Source of the DNA: Iphione sp. A-MEVVRFRX5
Taxonomy: Eukaryota
Direction of reading: 5' to 3'
Length of the DNA: 64,000 nt
Assembly: GCA_976226885.1 (NCBI GenBank)
Contig: OZ320314.1
Coordinates: 50,964,001 to 51,028,000 of the forward strand
Of the stretch, positions 63,601 through 64,000 are shown one piece after another; position 1 is the first letter of the stretch, and every line of letters starts with the position of its first letter. Below the pieces are notes generated by a model, which saw nothing but the letters and a program-made list of their open reading frames with translations, made no database searches and had not been told where the DNA came from. The position numbers were made by a program, and so were the translations under genes.

Positions 63601-64000
63601 ATGGAGATGTTCAAGCCACCTCCAGCCATGTGCTTTACTTCTGGCAACACAGCTGAGCAGTGGCGTAAATGGGAGCAACAGTTTAAGACTTATCACACTG
63701 CAGCTGAGTTAAACAAGAAACCTGATGCTGTTCAAGTGGCAATTCTGTTGCACTGTGCTGGTGCTGATGCACAGGACATTCACAAGAACTTTGTATTTGC
63801 TGGTGGTAATGATGACAATGCAGAAAACTGGGAGCATGTAGTGAAGAAGTTCAGGGACTATTGTGACCCAAGAAAAAATGAAGTATTTGAACGGTACAAG
63901 TTTTGGCAAAGGAACCAGAAAGATGGAGAATCTATCGATCAGTGGGTAAATGAGCTGAGAATCCTATTAGGCAGTTGTGAATATGCAGAGCAGCAAGAGG
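63601..64000 (+). CDS. Gypsy gag (3'-partial, runs off the window; not in the ORF track)
   Basis: Stop-free: MEMFKPPPAMCFTSGNTAEQWRKWEQQFKTY...VAILLHCAG...YCDPRKNEVFERYKFWQRNQKDGESIDQWVNELR. Confidence 0.88.
   Translation, partial: MEMFKPPPAMCFTSGNTAEQWRKWEQQFKTYHTAAELNKKPDAVQVAILLHCAGADAQDIHKNFVFAGGNDDNAENWEHVVKKFRDYCDPRKNEVFERYKFWQRNQKDGESIDQWVNELRILLGSCEYAEQQE

Overview
Eukaryotic (invertebrate-like metazoan) genomic DNA with two halves. (1) About 14.2-33.9 kb, + strand: the last 16 coding exons (8363 nt, ~2786 aa, all GT-AG and phase-compatible) of a Fat/FAT4 atypical cadherin. They encode ~13 cadherin repeats, 4 EGF, LamG, EGF, LamG, a TM helix and a cytoplasmic tail with FAT4-type motifs ending in -EEYV. 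The 5' exons lie outside the window, and I found no exon in 1-14187. (2) About 38-64 kb: a nested transposon graveyard. It holds a decayed Ngaro-type tyrosine-recombinase retrotransposon with complete A1-B1-A2-B2 split direct repeats, whose RT frame is restored by removing two TA-flanked DNA elements. It also holds several non-autonomous TIR elements carrying internal tandem arrays, a decayed L1/Tx1 ORF2, a Penelope GIY-YIG fragment, two hammerhead-like motifs, a disrupted intronless ORF with possible CARD domains, and the 5' end of a Gypsy LTR element. Tandem unit lengths cluster near multiples of the DNA helical repeat. I found no well-supported novel multi-gene system. All calls were made by eye, without database searches.
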